From the NCBI GenBank assembly GCA_964409875.1, contig CAYPEN010000003.1:128557-192556 (forward strand): a stretch of 64,000 bases of DNA, written 5' to 3'. The notes beneath the pieces were generated by a model. The model saw nothing but the letters and a program-made list of their open reading frames with translations. It ran no database searches and was not told the origin of the DNA. Shown piece after piece: positions 38,755 through 49,037 of the stretch. The position numbers and the translations under genes were made by a program. How positions within the stretch are numbered: position 1 is the stretch's first letter; each line of letters begins with the position of its first letter. This DNA is from an uncultured Gammaproteobacteria bacterium (GTDB lineage Bacteria > Patescibacteriota > Microgenomatia > Levybacterales > GWA1-39-11).

Positions 38755-39009
38755 ATGGGCATACTTTTATGGATAGTTTTAGGAGCACTAGCAGGGTGGA
38801 TTGCTTCAATGATTATGAAATCAAACCAAGGAATAATAGGGGATATTCTTCTTGGTATAATCGGTGCGGTTATTGGCGGATTTGTGATGAATCTTTTCGG
38901 GGCGTCAGGAGTGACTGGTTTCAATATTTACAGCATTCTTGTATCTGTTGTCGGAGCAGTCGTAGTCATATGGCTGGGAAGGATGATTTTTCACACGGGC
39001 AGAGTTTAG
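38755..39009 (+). CDS. GlsB/YeaQ/YmgE transglycosylase-associated stress membrane protein
   Basis: WIVLGALAGWIA..., GIIGAVIGG; SD AAAGGAGGTGA. Confidence 0.9.
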   Translation: MGILLWIVLGALAGWIASMIMKSNQGIIGDILLGIIGAVIGGFVMNLFGASGVTGFNIYSILVSVVGAVVVIWLGRMIFHTGRV

Positions 39010-39018
39010 CCTTTTACA

Positions 39019-39060
39019 AACAAAAAGGTCTGCTTTTTATAACAGACCTTTTTGTTTTTT
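39019..39060. terminator. Bidirectional intrinsic terminator
   Basis: AAACAAAAAGGTCTG...CAGACCTTTTTGTTT. Confidence 0.75.
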
Positions 39061-39237
39061 GAATATTTTGTTTTGTATACAAACGTTCTCTGTGGCCAGT
39101 TTCCCGGCTACAAATTCAGCTTATTTCTAACAAAATATCCTGACTTTCAATATTCCTCGGGTAGTCGTCCTCATGAAGACTCCATCCTCGGCATATAGTC
39201 CTAAGTTTGCCCCGATATCAGTAACTTATTAGGACTA
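39060..39237 (-). ncRNA. Candidate sRNA with its own promoter
   Basis: TTGACA(39271)-17 nt-TACGGT; several hairpins; five AGGA motifs; no long ORF. Confidence 0.45.
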
Positions 39238-39284
39238 ATACTACCGTAGAGCTTTTTTTCACAATTGTCAAGCGTAATGCTCAC

Positions 39285-39731
39285 TCATGCAATAGTTTTG
39301 ACGTTATTTACAATATCTTGAGGGGTAACATTTGCTTTGATGAGGAATGTTTTGACATTTGGATAGTATTTCACCTCATTCATAGAATCTATGTCCCCTG
39401 CGTTGGTAAGGACTATAACTGGGATATTTTTCAGTTCTTCATGCTCGCCCATCGTTCTTAGAAGCTCTTTTCCATTCATGCCCGGCATCATAAGGTCGAG
39501 GAGTATAAGATTGGGCTGCGTTTTTGCAAACAGTGAGAGGGCAGCTTGACCGTTTTGAGCGCTATATACTTCAAACCCTTCCTGTTGTAATATCTCGACA
39601 TAGAGTGTCCTTAAAGATTCTTCGTCTTCTACTACCATTATTTTTTTCCGTGCCTCAACAAGGGGAGTTGTAGTAATAGGCGTCTCTGCTTTCTTCGTCC
39701 CGAACTTTTTGAATACACTAAGAATTGCCAT
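39285..39731 (-). CDS. Single-domain response regulator (receiver)
   Basis: VEDE, LLDLMMP, LTN, IK. Confidence 0.9.
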   Translation of the reverse strand: MAILSVFKKFGTKKAETPITTTPLVEARKKIMVVEDEESLRTLYVEILQQEGFEVYSAQNGQAALSLFAKTQPNLILLDLMMPGMNGKELLRTMGEHEELKNIPVIVLTNAGDIDSMNEVKYYPNVKTFLIKANVTPQDIVNNVKTIA

Positions 39732-39772
39732 TCACCTCAATAATAGGTCTACAAAATTTTTCTGTCAACTTA

Positions 39773-39973
39773 TTACTCATTTGAGGTATTGGTAAGCGCC
39801 GTACGGAAATCGGAAATTCCGTCATTTAATGCGCCCTTTGTTTTGTCCACTATTCCCCGTGCAGAACTTCCTGTCCTCATTTCCACTTCGCCTTTGAATT
39901 TTTGGAATTTACCCTTTATTTTTTGTCCAATTATGGTTTGTTTTTGCAATGTTTTCACCTCCCTTTCTACCAT
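39773..39973 (-). CDS. CsbD-like stress protein
   Basis: 'KIKGKFQKFKGEV...TG...G..DK.KG' pattern. Confidence 0.6.
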   Translation of the reverse strand: MVEREVKTLQKQTIIGQKIKGKFQKFKGEVEMRTGSSARGIVDKTKGALNDGISDFRTALTNTSNE

Positions 39974-40095
39974 ACTTCAAATGTGTCGGAACTTTTTTAT
40001 AAGAGGGTAAAATTTTCTTGAGAAAACCTTACCGCATTTTTGTCTTATGGATACGACTGGCATATATGATAGGAAGATAGAAAGGGGGTGAAAAA

Positions 40096-40671
40096 ATGAA
40101 GACTGTTTTAGGAGTATTTAATTCTCAAGAAAATGCCGAGCTTGCCATTTCTGACCTTGAGTCACATGGGTACCACCCAAAAGACATTTCAATTGTAATG
40201 CAAGATAGACGGAAGGCAGAGGATATGGCAGAGAACACAGGCGGAACAGTGGCAGGTAACACAGCTTCAGGTGCCTTGGCGGGAATTGTAATAGGCGGAC
40301 TTGCGGGCCTTGCAAGCGTGTTACTTTTTCCTGGAGTTGGCCCATTTCTAATTGGCGGTCCAATAGCTTCTGCTATTGGGTTGTCCGGAGCGGCTGCAGG
40401 TAGCGCAGCAGGGGCTGCAACCGGCGCAGTTGCCGGAGGGCTCATTGGAGCGCTCACGGGGTACGGACTTTCTTCTCAGGAAGCATCCCATTATGAAAGC
40501 AGGGTGAAGGAAGGCGCGATTTTGCTGGTTGTTCCTGCGCGCGTTGGCCAGAGTAGTGAGGTCGAGGAAATACTTGATAGCTACAATGCAACTGACGTTA
40601 AAACTTTTGTTGCAGAAAGTGCAAGTCAAGAGGAAGGGAAGCACGAAAGAGTGCATCACGCTCACATTTAG
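40096..40671 (+). CDS. General stress protein (YflT/DUF1269-like, glycine-zipper)
   Basis: GVF...AE.AI..L...G, GGLIGAL...G, YE..VK.G; SD AAAGGGGGTGA. Confidence 0.8.
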   Translation: MKTVLGVFNSQENAELAISDLESHGYHPKDISIVMQDRRKAEDMAENTGGTVAGNTASGALAGIVIGGLAGLASVLLFPGVGPFLIGGPIASAIGLSGAAAGSAAGAATGAVAGGLIGALTGYGLSSQEASHYESRVKEGAILLVVPARVGQSSEVEEILDSYNATDVKTFVAESASQEEGKHERVHHAHI

Positions 40672-41054
40672 AGGGTAGAAAAGTCACCGGTGACTTAAGT
40701 GTCTTACGACTTTCTGACAGACCGTTTGTTTTAATCTTAACAAAATACCCTAAAGTATGAATATGATAACTCTCACGCTTCAGAAGAGATACATATATAC
40801 TCCCACACAGGCTACTCATAAAAACGGAATTCTACAATCTATAGAAAAAGTTGAAAGACCGATAAGAATAATTATTGAAAGTTTCTGGAACGTTCTTACT
40901 TCTCCTGTTGATAAATCGTAATCTTTGCTTCCCCATTGCATACTAGTGGTAATATATATAGAATTCATGCGTAATAGCAGCTCTTACACAATCTTTACTA
41001 TAATTTCATATTTATACAGGCTGTTGTCCCCTACTATGTATTAACTTATTACTT

Positions 41055-41720
41055 ATGGTTTACAAAATTTTGGTAGTTGAAGATGATAAAAATATAAGGG
41101 AATACCTTGAAGAGTCACTGAAAGAAGCAGGCTACTCGGTAAAAAGTACGGGTGACGGAGCAGCAGCACTGAAAATGGTAAGCGAAGCAAAACCGGACCT
41201 TATAGTGTTGGATTTAGGAATAGAGAATATTGCCGGTGAAACCGTATGTGTCGAAGTGAAAAAAGAGCACCCCACACTTCCTATCATAATTTTGACAGCA
41301 AAAAGTAGCACTGGGGATGTTGTGCATGGCCTTGATTTAGGAGCTGACGATTACATATCAAAGCCATTTGAGACTGATGAACTTCTGGCCCGGATTAGAG
41401 CGCGGCTCAAGCAAAAGGGATCTCCCGTAATCTCAATTGCCGATTTGGAATTAAATGCTGCAACGTATGAAGTTAAAAGAAACAACAGATTAATTCCTCT
41501 TACTTCAACAGAGTTTAAGTTACTTGAGTATCTTATGATAAACCAGGGGGTAGTATTGTCACGGGAATCAATTCTTGATCACATATGGCTCTATTCTCCC
41601 GATATTGAGAGCAGAGTTGTGGATGTATATATTGGGTACCTTCGTAAAAAAATTGATAATGACGCAAAAAAGCCTTTGATTAAGAGTGTGAGAGGATTTG
41701 GGTATACAATACGAGAATAA
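41055..41720 (+). CDS. OmpR-family response regulator
   Basis: Receiver plus winged helix (VDVYIGYLRKK, VRGFGY). Confidence 0.95.
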   Translation: MVYKILVVEDDKNIREYLEESLKEAGYSVKSTGDGAAALKMVSEAKPDLIVLDLGIENIAGETVCVEVKKEHPTLPIIILTAKSSTGDVVHGLDLGADDYISKPFETDELLARIRARLKQKGSPVISIADLELNAATYEVKRNNRLIPLTSTEFKLLEYLMINQGVVLSRESILDHIWLYSPDIESRVVDVYIGYLRKKIDNDAKKPLIKSVRGFGYTIRE

Positions 41721-41722
41721 GG

Positions 41723-42880
41723 ATGAGTAATGACCTATTGGAAAAAGTTTACGTATCTTCACTCTCGTATCTTCAGCCGCTTACTTTGGAAGAGCGCTAC
41801 AAAATAGCCGTTGAGGAAAGCGTTAGAGTGACAGGTGCACATCACGGTTCTATTTTTCTACTTGACCCGCAAGGGGAATTCGTAAGGGCATATTCTGATG
41901 TTCCATCAACCTCCCAAGTGCAGCCACGCAAAAATGGCAATACCAGAAGGGCGGTAAATGAGGAAAAGCTTTTGATTGTTCAGGGAGAGGAACTAAAAAA
42001 GGCACATTTAAAGCTCTACAATAAAGGCATAAAGTGTCTCATTTTAATTCCACTTAGTTTTAATAAGCAGACTATAGGGATTTTGTCTCTCCAGGCGCAT
42101 GAAACGAAACATTTCGGTAAAGAAATGTTAGGTGCGCTAAGACTCTTTGGGTCGCTTTTAAGCCTTGGAATACGAAATTCACAATTATATGAGCAGTCGG
42201 TCGGAGCCATAGAAGCACGTGACTTGTTCATTTCTCTTGCTTCGCATGAGTTAAGAACTCCTTTAACGACAATTTCTGCCTATGCTTCCCTTATAGAAAA
42301 AAAACTCAACAGCAATCAGATGCCTCCGCCAAAATCGGTAGAAATTCTGCGGTCTGAAATAAAACGCTTAAAAAATATCGTAAATGAACTGCTTGCTATA
42401 GACCAGGTAAAAACTGGTCAATTGAGATACAGTTGGAAAGAGGTGGCAATTCTTAATGTGTTGAAAAGGGCTGTTATCAACTTTAAGTTCAATTATCCAG
42501 GGTACAAAGTGCTTCTTGAAAACCCCGTTCATCACAAAATAATTTTAAAGCGTGCTGATGAGGAAAAGTTGCAGCAGGTTTTTACCAATCTTCTCAACAA
42601 TTCTGCAAAATTTTCTTCATCGGTCACCCCTATTGTTCTGACTATTGGAGAAGATGAAAAATCCGTATCTGTTTCAATAACGGATTACGGCAAAGGCATC
42701 CGAAAAAAGGAGCAGGATAAAGTGTTTATCGAATTTTTCAAGGCGAAAGGTAATTATAAGGAAGGAATGGGATTGGGCCTTTTTCTTGTAAAAAACATTA
42801 TTGACAAACATAAAGGGAAGGTAAGTTTGACATCTAAATTGCACGTAGGCACTACAATAACTGTTACGCTTCCAAAATAA
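41723..42880 (+). CDS. Cytoplasmic GAF sensor histidine kinase
   Basis: GAF-like N-terminus, SHELRTPLT, N/G boxes, no TM. Confidence 0.92.
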   Translation: MSNDLLEKVYVSSLSYLQPLTLEERYKIAVEESVRVTGAHHGSIFLLDPQGEFVRAYSDVPSTSQVQPRKNGNTRRAVNEEKLLIVQGEELKKAHLKLYNKGIKCLILIPLSFNKQTIGILSLQAHETKHFGKEMLGALRLFGSLLSLGIRNSQLYEQSVGAIEARDLFISLASHELRTPLTTISAYASLIEKKLNSNQMPPPKSVEILRSEIKRLKNIVNELLAIDQVKTGQLRYSWKEVAILNVLKRAVINFKFNYPGYKVLLENPVHHKIILKRADEEKLQQVFTNLLNNSAKFSSSVTPIVLTIGEDEKSVSVSITDYGKGIRKKEQDKVFIEFFKAKGNYKEGMGLGLFLVKNIIDKHKGKVSLTSKLHVGTTITVTLPK

Positions 42881-42882
42881 TT

Positions 42883-44001
42883 ATGACTGAATTCGATCAA
42901 CATCCGGGTGTAAATAGTGAAGCTCAATTATCAGAGACACAGCTCATACCATTATCGGAAATAGAAATTAACCCTGAAAGGCATAACGTCCTTTATGGGT
43001 TGATGGAAATACGGGATGAGGGAAGGGACACTGGGAAATTTTTGGTGCAACAATTTCTTGGCGGTAAAAGAGTCATCATAACAGGAGAGCCTGCTACGGG
43101 TAAAAGTGGACTATTTTTTCAATTACTTTCCTCCGCCCAGGAAAATGCTCAAAGGCTCGGTATTCCTTTTGAAAAATCTGTAGGACAATACGATTTTGTT
43201 TTGGAAATGGAAAGAAGATTGAGAAAAAAGAATGGACAAGAAGGGAAACTTGAGGATGACAGCTTCAATGACCGGCTTTATGGAGAAATGATGAAGAGTG
43301 ATATATTCGAGGTTCCAGCAGTTGGTTCAAAAGAATTGGTAGATAGGGGGCGAAGTGCTGTTGAAAAAGTAGAAAGAAACATAGCCTCCGGGCAGGACAA
43401 CAAATCTCTTCTGGTATCACTCTATTCATCGCCTCTTGTTCAGACGCAAGGAGAATCAGTAAGAGCTGCCGTTGCCAGTGCACCTGCAAAAAAAGTCTTT
43501 AAACTACTTGATACTTATGGAATGGATATTGAGGGGGTAAGGAGAAGTTTGCAGAATGCAAATTACATAAAAGACATATTCCGGCTCATGGCAAACAGGG
43601 AGCATATTGCCACAATAAGACGTGAAGTTATTGAAGAAATAACAGATTGGCATCTACAGATGCAATTAGACATGTTGAGGAATGATACATCGGTAACACC
43701 CCCGGATATTATCCGCGAAAAATCTGCGGGCATACAGCTTGTTCCCGCCACTGCCGATGATTTTAGAAACCTTTACCAGAAGTTTGGGATAGAAAGCAGC
43801 GACCAATCTGAAATGGTATTTGGCAAAAGGGCTGAAGAGTCCATCGAGCAAATGATGGACCAGGCTGTTTATATGGAGTGGCGGTACCGTGAGCTTTTAG
43901 GAATAGGAAGCGACAGGGCGCTTATTGTTGGAAATACTTATAAGGACATTAAGACAGTGTACGATTTAAAGCCCCTAATAAGAGCAAGTACCACTTCCTA
44001 A
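42883..44001 (+). CDS. Hypothetical protein with Walker A-like motif
   Basis: 372 aa, ITGEPATGKS. Confidence 0.7.
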   Translation: MTEFDQHPGVNSEAQLSETQLIPLSEIEINPERHNVLYGLMEIRDEGRDTGKFLVQQFLGGKRVIITGEPATGKSGLFFQLLSSAQENAQRLGIPFEKSVGQYDFVLEMERRLRKKNGQEGKLEDDSFNDRLYGEMMKSDIFEVPAVGSKELVDRGRSAVEKVERNIASGQDNKSLLVSLYSSPLVQTQGESVRAAVASAPAKKVFKLLDTYGMDIEGVRRSLQNANYIKDIFRLMANREHIATIRREVIEEITDWHLQMQLDMLRNDTSVTPPDIIREKSAGIQLVPATADDFRNLYQKFGIESSDQSEMVFGKRAEESIEQMMDQAVYMEWRYRELLGIGSDRALIVGNTYKDIKTVYDLKPLIRASTTS

Positions 44002-44065
44002 TTTTTTTGTTTAGTTCTTACCAAATTGCGAGTTGCATTTCATTTTTAGTGTTTACAGTTATTAT

Positions 44066-44227
44066 ATGAAGAATAAATACTTCCGGATTCCGAGTGTTAA
44101 TATTCCGCTAAAAGAAAGCAGAAAATACTTTACAAAAAGAGTACCTGTCTTTGAGATCGGTTATTTTAAGGAAAAGCTAATTCTTTTCAAAACAGGACTT
44201 TTTGTCGGAAAAAACGGATTGTTTTAA
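44066..44227 (+). CDS. Possible small basic protein (53 aa)
   Basis: ATG at 44066 preceded by a TACAGT -10-like hexamer; fills the gap between genes. Confidence 0.3.
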   Translation: MKNKYFRIPSVNIPLKESRKYFTKRVPVFEIGYFKEKLILFKTGLFVGKNGLF

Positions 44228-44229
44228 AG

Positions 44230-45684
44230 TCAGTACTGTACTTTGTAGAGCTTTGCGTTGTCAATTTGCTTAATTAAGCGTATCCTCCCTGCGTTTTCCA
44301 TATTTAAAATGGCTTGAAGAAATTTTGGCCTATCGATGAGAAGATGTCTTGCATCCCAATTTGAAGACGTATCGACAATAAGATAATTGGGGTTTCCATA
44401 CCAGTGTATCCAGTCGCAAATAGACTCTTTACAGGGGGAATTGGAAGAAAAATTCTTGCGTTCATAATAGAGAGTGTATATCTTGTCTCTATGAGAAATA
44501 TGGGGAGTAATATTGTTCTGTGATACAACTGATGCGTTTTGCGGCAAAGCATCTGAAATAATTTTGTTAATAGACGTTACAGCGGCAGGTTCATGCCAAA
44601 ACCAACTTTTTGAAAGGTAAGACAATGGTAGGTGGAGCGAATATTGGACAAAAAGAGTACAGAGGAGTAGATAAATAGCAATAAGTTTTCTATTAAAAAA
44701 GCGAAAGGTAGCAATTGTGGTAACAGAGGACCAGACGAATAAAGGAGCAAGTGTCACCCTATAATGACCATATAGCCCCTGAGCTCCCGGCAGGTCGGAG
44801 GCGATGACAAAAAAGGTTGTAAAATGTACAAAAATCAAAAGCAGCGTGAGAGGGTTTAGGAACGGAAGAAAACCGAAGGATAAAAAGGAATAGAAAAGTG
44901 TGACGAGTTTTTCTTTCGTATTTATCAAGTAATAAGGGTTAAGATTTGAGAGAAGACCTTCCCTGTTGGCATACAAGTACGGGACACTGGTTATATGAGG
45001 GAAGTAAATTAGATAAATAAAAAGAAGATATAGTACGGAAAATGATGCATAAAAAATTAAGGACGCACTTCTTCTTCTGATGAGGTACAAAAGAGAAATT
45101 ACCAGTGTATAAGAAGCGATATTTTCTTTGGCTGTTATGGAAAGGAAGAAGAAGAGCAGTGCACTTTTTGTTTTCTTGCCATCAAGAAAGTAGATGAACC
45201 ACATAAGAAACGCTGCGGCGAAATTAGAACTATGCACGTCAAACCAGATTGCGTTTTGAAGTCCATAAAACATCAAATACGACAGCATAACCGTTAAACT
45301 TAAAAAAGTATTTCTAAGTTTTCTTTTCGAAAGGAGATATGCGGCAAGCCCTCCAGAACAAACAACAAAAGCTGAAGTGAGTAAAAGCATTTTTCTTGCC
45401 GACCATATCCAGTAAAGAGGAGAAATGAGGGCATATACAAGTTCTACATGCGTTGCAAGTTTTGTACGGTCAGGGAAGGGATCGATGGTTGTGAGCGGAA
45501 GCTCGAAATTACTATAGCGCCACACAGTTTGGTCATTAATACCCAAGTCAAATCCGTATGAATCATAGTGCAAGTGCCGGATTACCGTCAGGGTGCTGTA
45601 GCACACAAAAAAAACGAAGCAGGTAAAAATTGCGATAAGAAGCGGTATATGCTTTCTTGAAAGATAAAAGAGGGGGGAAATCAC
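44230..45684 (-). CDS. DUF2079 membrane protein (GT-C-like)
   Basis: FDLGI.DQ..W, FDVH, KE, HY motifs; many TMs. Confidence 0.85.
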   Translation of the reverse strand: MISPLFYLSRKHIPLLIAIFTCFVFFVCYSTLTVIRHLHYDSYGFDLGINDQTVWRYSNFELPLTTIDPFPDRTKLATHVELVYALISPLYWIWSARKMLLLTSAFVVCSGGLAAYLLSKRKLRNTFLSLTVMLSYLMFYGLQNAIWFDVHSSNFAAAFLMWFIYFLDGKKTKSALLFFFLSITAKENIASYTLVISLLYLIRRRSASLIFYASFSVLYLLFIYLIYFPHITSVPYLYANREGLLSNLNPYYLINTKEKLVTLFYSFLSFGFLPFLNPLTLLLIFVHFTTFFVIASDLPGAQGLYGHYRVTLAPLFVWSSVTTIATFRFFNRKLIAIYLLLCTLFVQYSLHLPLSYLSKSWFWHEPAAVTSINKIISDALPQNASVVSQNNITPHISHRDKIYTLYYERKNFSSNSPCKESICDWIHWYGNPNYLIVDTSSNWDARHLLIDRPKFLQAILNMENAGRIRLIKQIDNAKLYKVQY

Positions 45685-45688
45685 ATTT

Positions 45689-47491
45689 TTATTCTACACT
45701 ATTAAGACTTCCACTTGCCCTCAATGCGTTTAAAATCACCGCAACATCAATACCTTCTTGAATAATTGCACCAACTATTGGTGGAATAAGACCAAATGAT
45801 GCGAGTATCATGCAAATAACGCTCATCCCAATGCCCGCGGTAATACTCTGACGGGCAATAGAAATTGTCCGTTTGGCGCTCAATATGGAGTATAAAACGG
45901 AGGAGAAATTCCCTCCGAGAAGCACAATGTCCGCGGCTTCTGAAGCTGCAGTTTTTTCCTCGTTTGCAAATACCATTCCGACATTTGATAGCGCAAGAGC
46001 GGGAGCATCGTTGATCCCGTCGCCAACCATAGCGACAACTTTTCCCGACTTTTTTAATGCTTCAATTCCTCCTTGTTTTTCTTCAGGCGTAAGCCCAGCC
46101 TTTATTTTAATAGTAATTCCTAAGTCTTTTACGAGTTTCTGTGCTGCTTCCAGTTTGTCTCCGGTAAAAATAAGAAGCTCAAGCTTCATTTTTTCAAGTT
46201 TTCGTATAACGCCCTTTGACTCGCTCTTTATTTCATCTTCAAAAACAAATGTAGCAATCAATCTCTCTTCTTCAAAGAGTCCTATTTCCATGCCACTTGA
46301 TAGAGTGTCGGTTTTTTTAAGTATATACTGTCTTCCATCGACTTCGCCCTTTATTCCTTTTCCGATTGTCTCTTCAATATGTGTTGCAAGTCGTTTTGGT
46401 GAGTTTTGCCCATACGCAACAATTGCATTTGCTAGTGGATGAAGAGAATTCCTCTCAATAGCAGCAGCGACTGCAAGCACTTCCTCTTTTTTTGCTGTGT
46501 TATTTTCTAATCTGACGTCTACAACTCGTGGTTTTCCTAATGTAATAGTGCCTGTCTTGTCAAAAACCACGGCGTTAACCCTTGCTAATGCTTCGAGACT
46601 TGATAGTTGCTTAATAATGATTCTCTTTTTTGCTTGTGCGTTCATTCCTCCAAGAAGCGCAATCGGTGTTGCAAGAATTAAGGGACAGGGTGTTGCTACA
46701 ACTAGAACGACAAGAATAGACTCCAATGTTCCATGAAGGGAATATGAAAACGAAGCGATTATAAATGTGACAAGTGTAAAATAAACACTATATTTATCTG
46801 CAAGTCTAACAAGGGGTGCTTTGGCGCTTTGCGCTCTCTCTACGATTTCTATTATTTTTGAGTAACTCGAGTCCTTTTCTTCACGAAGAACTTTTACCCT
46901 CACGATACTTCCCACATTTATGATGCCGGAACGAACGTAATCTCCCTGCAGCTTTGCAACTGGAAAAGCCTCACCTGTTAATGACTGTTCATCAAATAAT
47001 CCCTCTTCCGAAATGACTTCTCCATCAAGGGGTACGACTTCACCTTTCCTGATGAGTATAACCTCACCAACCGTTATTTCCTTTACCGCTTTTTTTTGTG
47101 TTTTTGTACGACCTTCAACAGTAACATCATGCGGAATCCTTTCAGAGAGTTCTGTCAAAGAACGCTTTGCCATTGACGCTCCATACTCTTCAAGATTTCT
47201 TCCCGATGCAATCATTAGAGCAAGAATAATCCCAACAATATATTCTCCGGTAATAATAGATACAACAAGAGCAAGTATTGCGATATAGTCAAGACCAAAC
47301 TTTCCACCCCTTATGTCTTCAAGTGTTTCTATAAAAAGCTTGTAACTTCCAAGGAGTATCACGGCAAGAGCTAGAAAAATCGTTAAGAACGTAAGGTGCA
47401 GTGCTGAGAGTAAAAGATACAAAAGCAGTCCGAAGAAGACAGCAATGGGTACAAAAAAATTACGAAGATAAAAAACGATTTTTTTTTGCAT
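45689..47491 (-). CDS. Heavy-metal P1B-type ATPase (P1B-5-like)
   Basis: LTGE, TPCP, DKTGT, GDGIND, QEGID. Confidence 0.92.
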   Translation of the reverse strand: MQKKIVFYLRNFFVPIAVFFGLLLYLLLSALHLTFLTIFLALAVILLGSYKLFIETLEDIRGGKFGLDYIAILALVVSIITGEYIVGIILALMIASGRNLEEYGASMAKRSLTELSERIPHDVTVEGRTKTQKKAVKEITVGEVILIRKGEVVPLDGEVISEEGLFDEQSLTGEAFPVAKLQGDYVRSGIINVGSIVRVKVLREEKDSSYSKIIEIVERAQSAKAPLVRLADKYSVYFTLVTFIIASFSYSLHGTLESILVVLVVATPCPLILATPIALLGGMNAQAKKRIIIKQLSSLEALARVNAVVFDKTGTITLGKPRVVDVRLENNTAKKEEVLAVAAAIERNSLHPLANAIVAYGQNSPKRLATHIEETIGKGIKGEVDGRQYILKKTDTLSSGMEIGLFEEERLIATFVFEDEIKSESKGVIRKLEKMKLELLIFTGDKLEAAQKLVKDLGITIKIKAGLTPEEKQGGIEALKKSGKVVAMVGDGINDAPALALSNVGMVFANEEKTAASEAADIVLLGGNFSSVLYSILSAKRTISIARQSITAGIGMSVICMILASFGLIPPIVGAIIQEGIDVAVILNALRASGSLNSVE

Positions 47492-47507
47492 AGAAATAAT
47501 ACTACAG

Positions 47508-48077
47508 TTAATGAAGCTTTCGTGCCATATACCATGATGCAAACACGAAAAGAAGCGTTGCTAACCAGCCAAGTCCGACGAGTATTTGAATTTTGTAGAT
47601 GAGTAATTCGGTTTCTTCAAGATTTCGCCCTACAGCAACAAACCCTTCACTCTGGTCCTTAAAATGAACAACAACAAGGGCAGCCCTCACGTTTTTAGTA
47701 GGCTGCCATGTTACACGTCTTTGTCCGTTTTTACGAGCGACTTCTAAAAGTCCATGGGGTATCTGTATTTCCTCCCCATTAATAGAGGCTGTTGTTCCTA
47801 CAAATTGTTTGTTAGCGTCATATACATAGAAAAAAGTGGAAAGACTTTTTGAAATATCTATTTTGTTAGTTGGAAATTGATGTGGAATTTCGGGTTCTTT
47901 TGAGAGCCTATTTGAAAGTTCGAGCGCGAGTTGAATAAGAGGTTCATTGGCTCCGAGGCGTAGTGTCTGTTGAAGGGTTACAAAAAGTAAGCCACACATA
48001 AGTGTTATCAAAACTGCAAATGGGAAAAAACGATAGATAGGAGAATGCTCTTTCTTGCTCACAACAAATTTTACCAT
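47508..48077 (-). CDS. 2-TM protein with an extracellular sensor-like domain
   Basis: TM-domain-TM topology. Confidence 0.65.
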   Translation of the reverse strand: MVKFVVSKKEHSPIYRFFPFAVLITLMCGLLFVTLQQTLRLGANEPLIQLALELSNRLSKEPEIPHQFPTNKIDISKSLSTFFYVYDANKQFVGTTASINGEEIQIPHGLLEVARKNGQRRVTWQPTKNVRAALVVVHFKDQSEGFVAVGRNLEETELLIYKIQILVGLGWLATLLFVFASWYMARKLH

Positions 48078-48165
48078 TATTTTTTAGCAAATTTCCATGA
48101 CCCCCTTGACCAAAACGAAAGATTAAGGTATATAAAAAGTCCTGAGCAGGCCATCCTTTTTCTTC

Positions 48166-49017
48166 ATGCTGTCCATTGCTGTCATCCTACTTTGTGGATT
48201 TCTTTTCTCATTTCTTTCCTCACCTCTTCCTTCAATCCCCTATTTCATACGTCTGCAAAATACTACATCAACCAAAACCTTTTCACCGGGGCAAATTTAC
48301 CAGTCAATATTGCGACAAATGGATATGTTAAGCGGAAGAGGGGAACTTTTCGGTGTTTACTTTCATGGAAATAGAAATTCAAATAAAATCGCGCTTACAT
48401 TTGATGCTGATATGACGTATGGCATGCAACAACTGTTACTTACCGGAAAAGTAAAGAGTTTCTATGACAAACCTCTTATTGAATTGCTCAAAAAACTTGA
48501 TACCCCGGCAACACTTTTCTTGACTGGAATGTGGGTTGAACAGTATCCTGAAGTGGTAAAAGAACTTTCATCAAATCCGCTTTTTGAAATGGGTAGTCAC
48601 TCATATGCTCATAAAGCCTATTCCTCCCCCTGCTATTCGCTTGACCCTATTTTGGAAGAGGACAAAATACAAGATATAGGAGCTTCTCAATTTCTCATAG
48701 AGCACTACTCAAAGAAGAAGACTGTCTTGTTTCGATTTCCTGGCGGTTGTTTTGGACCTGGCGATCTTGCGCTTCTTAAGCTTGCTGGTGCAAAAGCTAT
48801 TGCGTGGGATGTGGTGGCAGATGATGGTTTTAGCGCAGATACAAAAGGAATCGTTCAGCGTGTTGTGTCGAGAACGAAAAACGGCTCAATAATTGTGATG
48901 CATATGAACGGCTTTCCGAACGAGCCAGTTGATTTTATAGCAGTTCCGGAAATTGTTAAAGAATTAAGAGCAAGGGGATTTGAATTTGTTACTATTACCA
49001 AACTTTTGAATTTTTGA
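48166..49017 (+). CDS. Polysaccharide deacetylase (CE4)
   Basis: ALTFDAD, HSYAH, FRFPGG, IIVMH. Confidence 0.9.
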   Translation: MLSIAVILLCGFLFSFLSSPLPSIPYFIRLQNTTSTKTFSPGQIYQSILRQMDMLSGRGELFGVYFHGNRNSNKIALTFDADMTYGMQQLLLTGKVKSFYDKPLIELLKKLDTPATLFLTGMWVEQYPEVVKELSSNPLFEMGSHSYAHKAYSSPCYSLDPILEEDKIQDIGASQFLIEHYSKKKTVLFRFPGGCFGPGDLALLKLAGAKAIAWDVVADDGFSADTKGIVQRVVSRTKNGSIIVMHMNGFPNEPVDFIAVPEIVKELRARGFEFVTITKLLNF

Positions 49018-49037
49018 AGTGTACAATTAACCCATAT

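Noticed and set aside
39170-39204. CATATAGTCC resembling the group I intron S element
   Set aside because: No convincing P3-P7 core or host gene; the segment pairs in a local hairpin
40816-40941. 41-aa minus-strand ORF
   Set aside because: No recognisable motif or SD; cannot be supported
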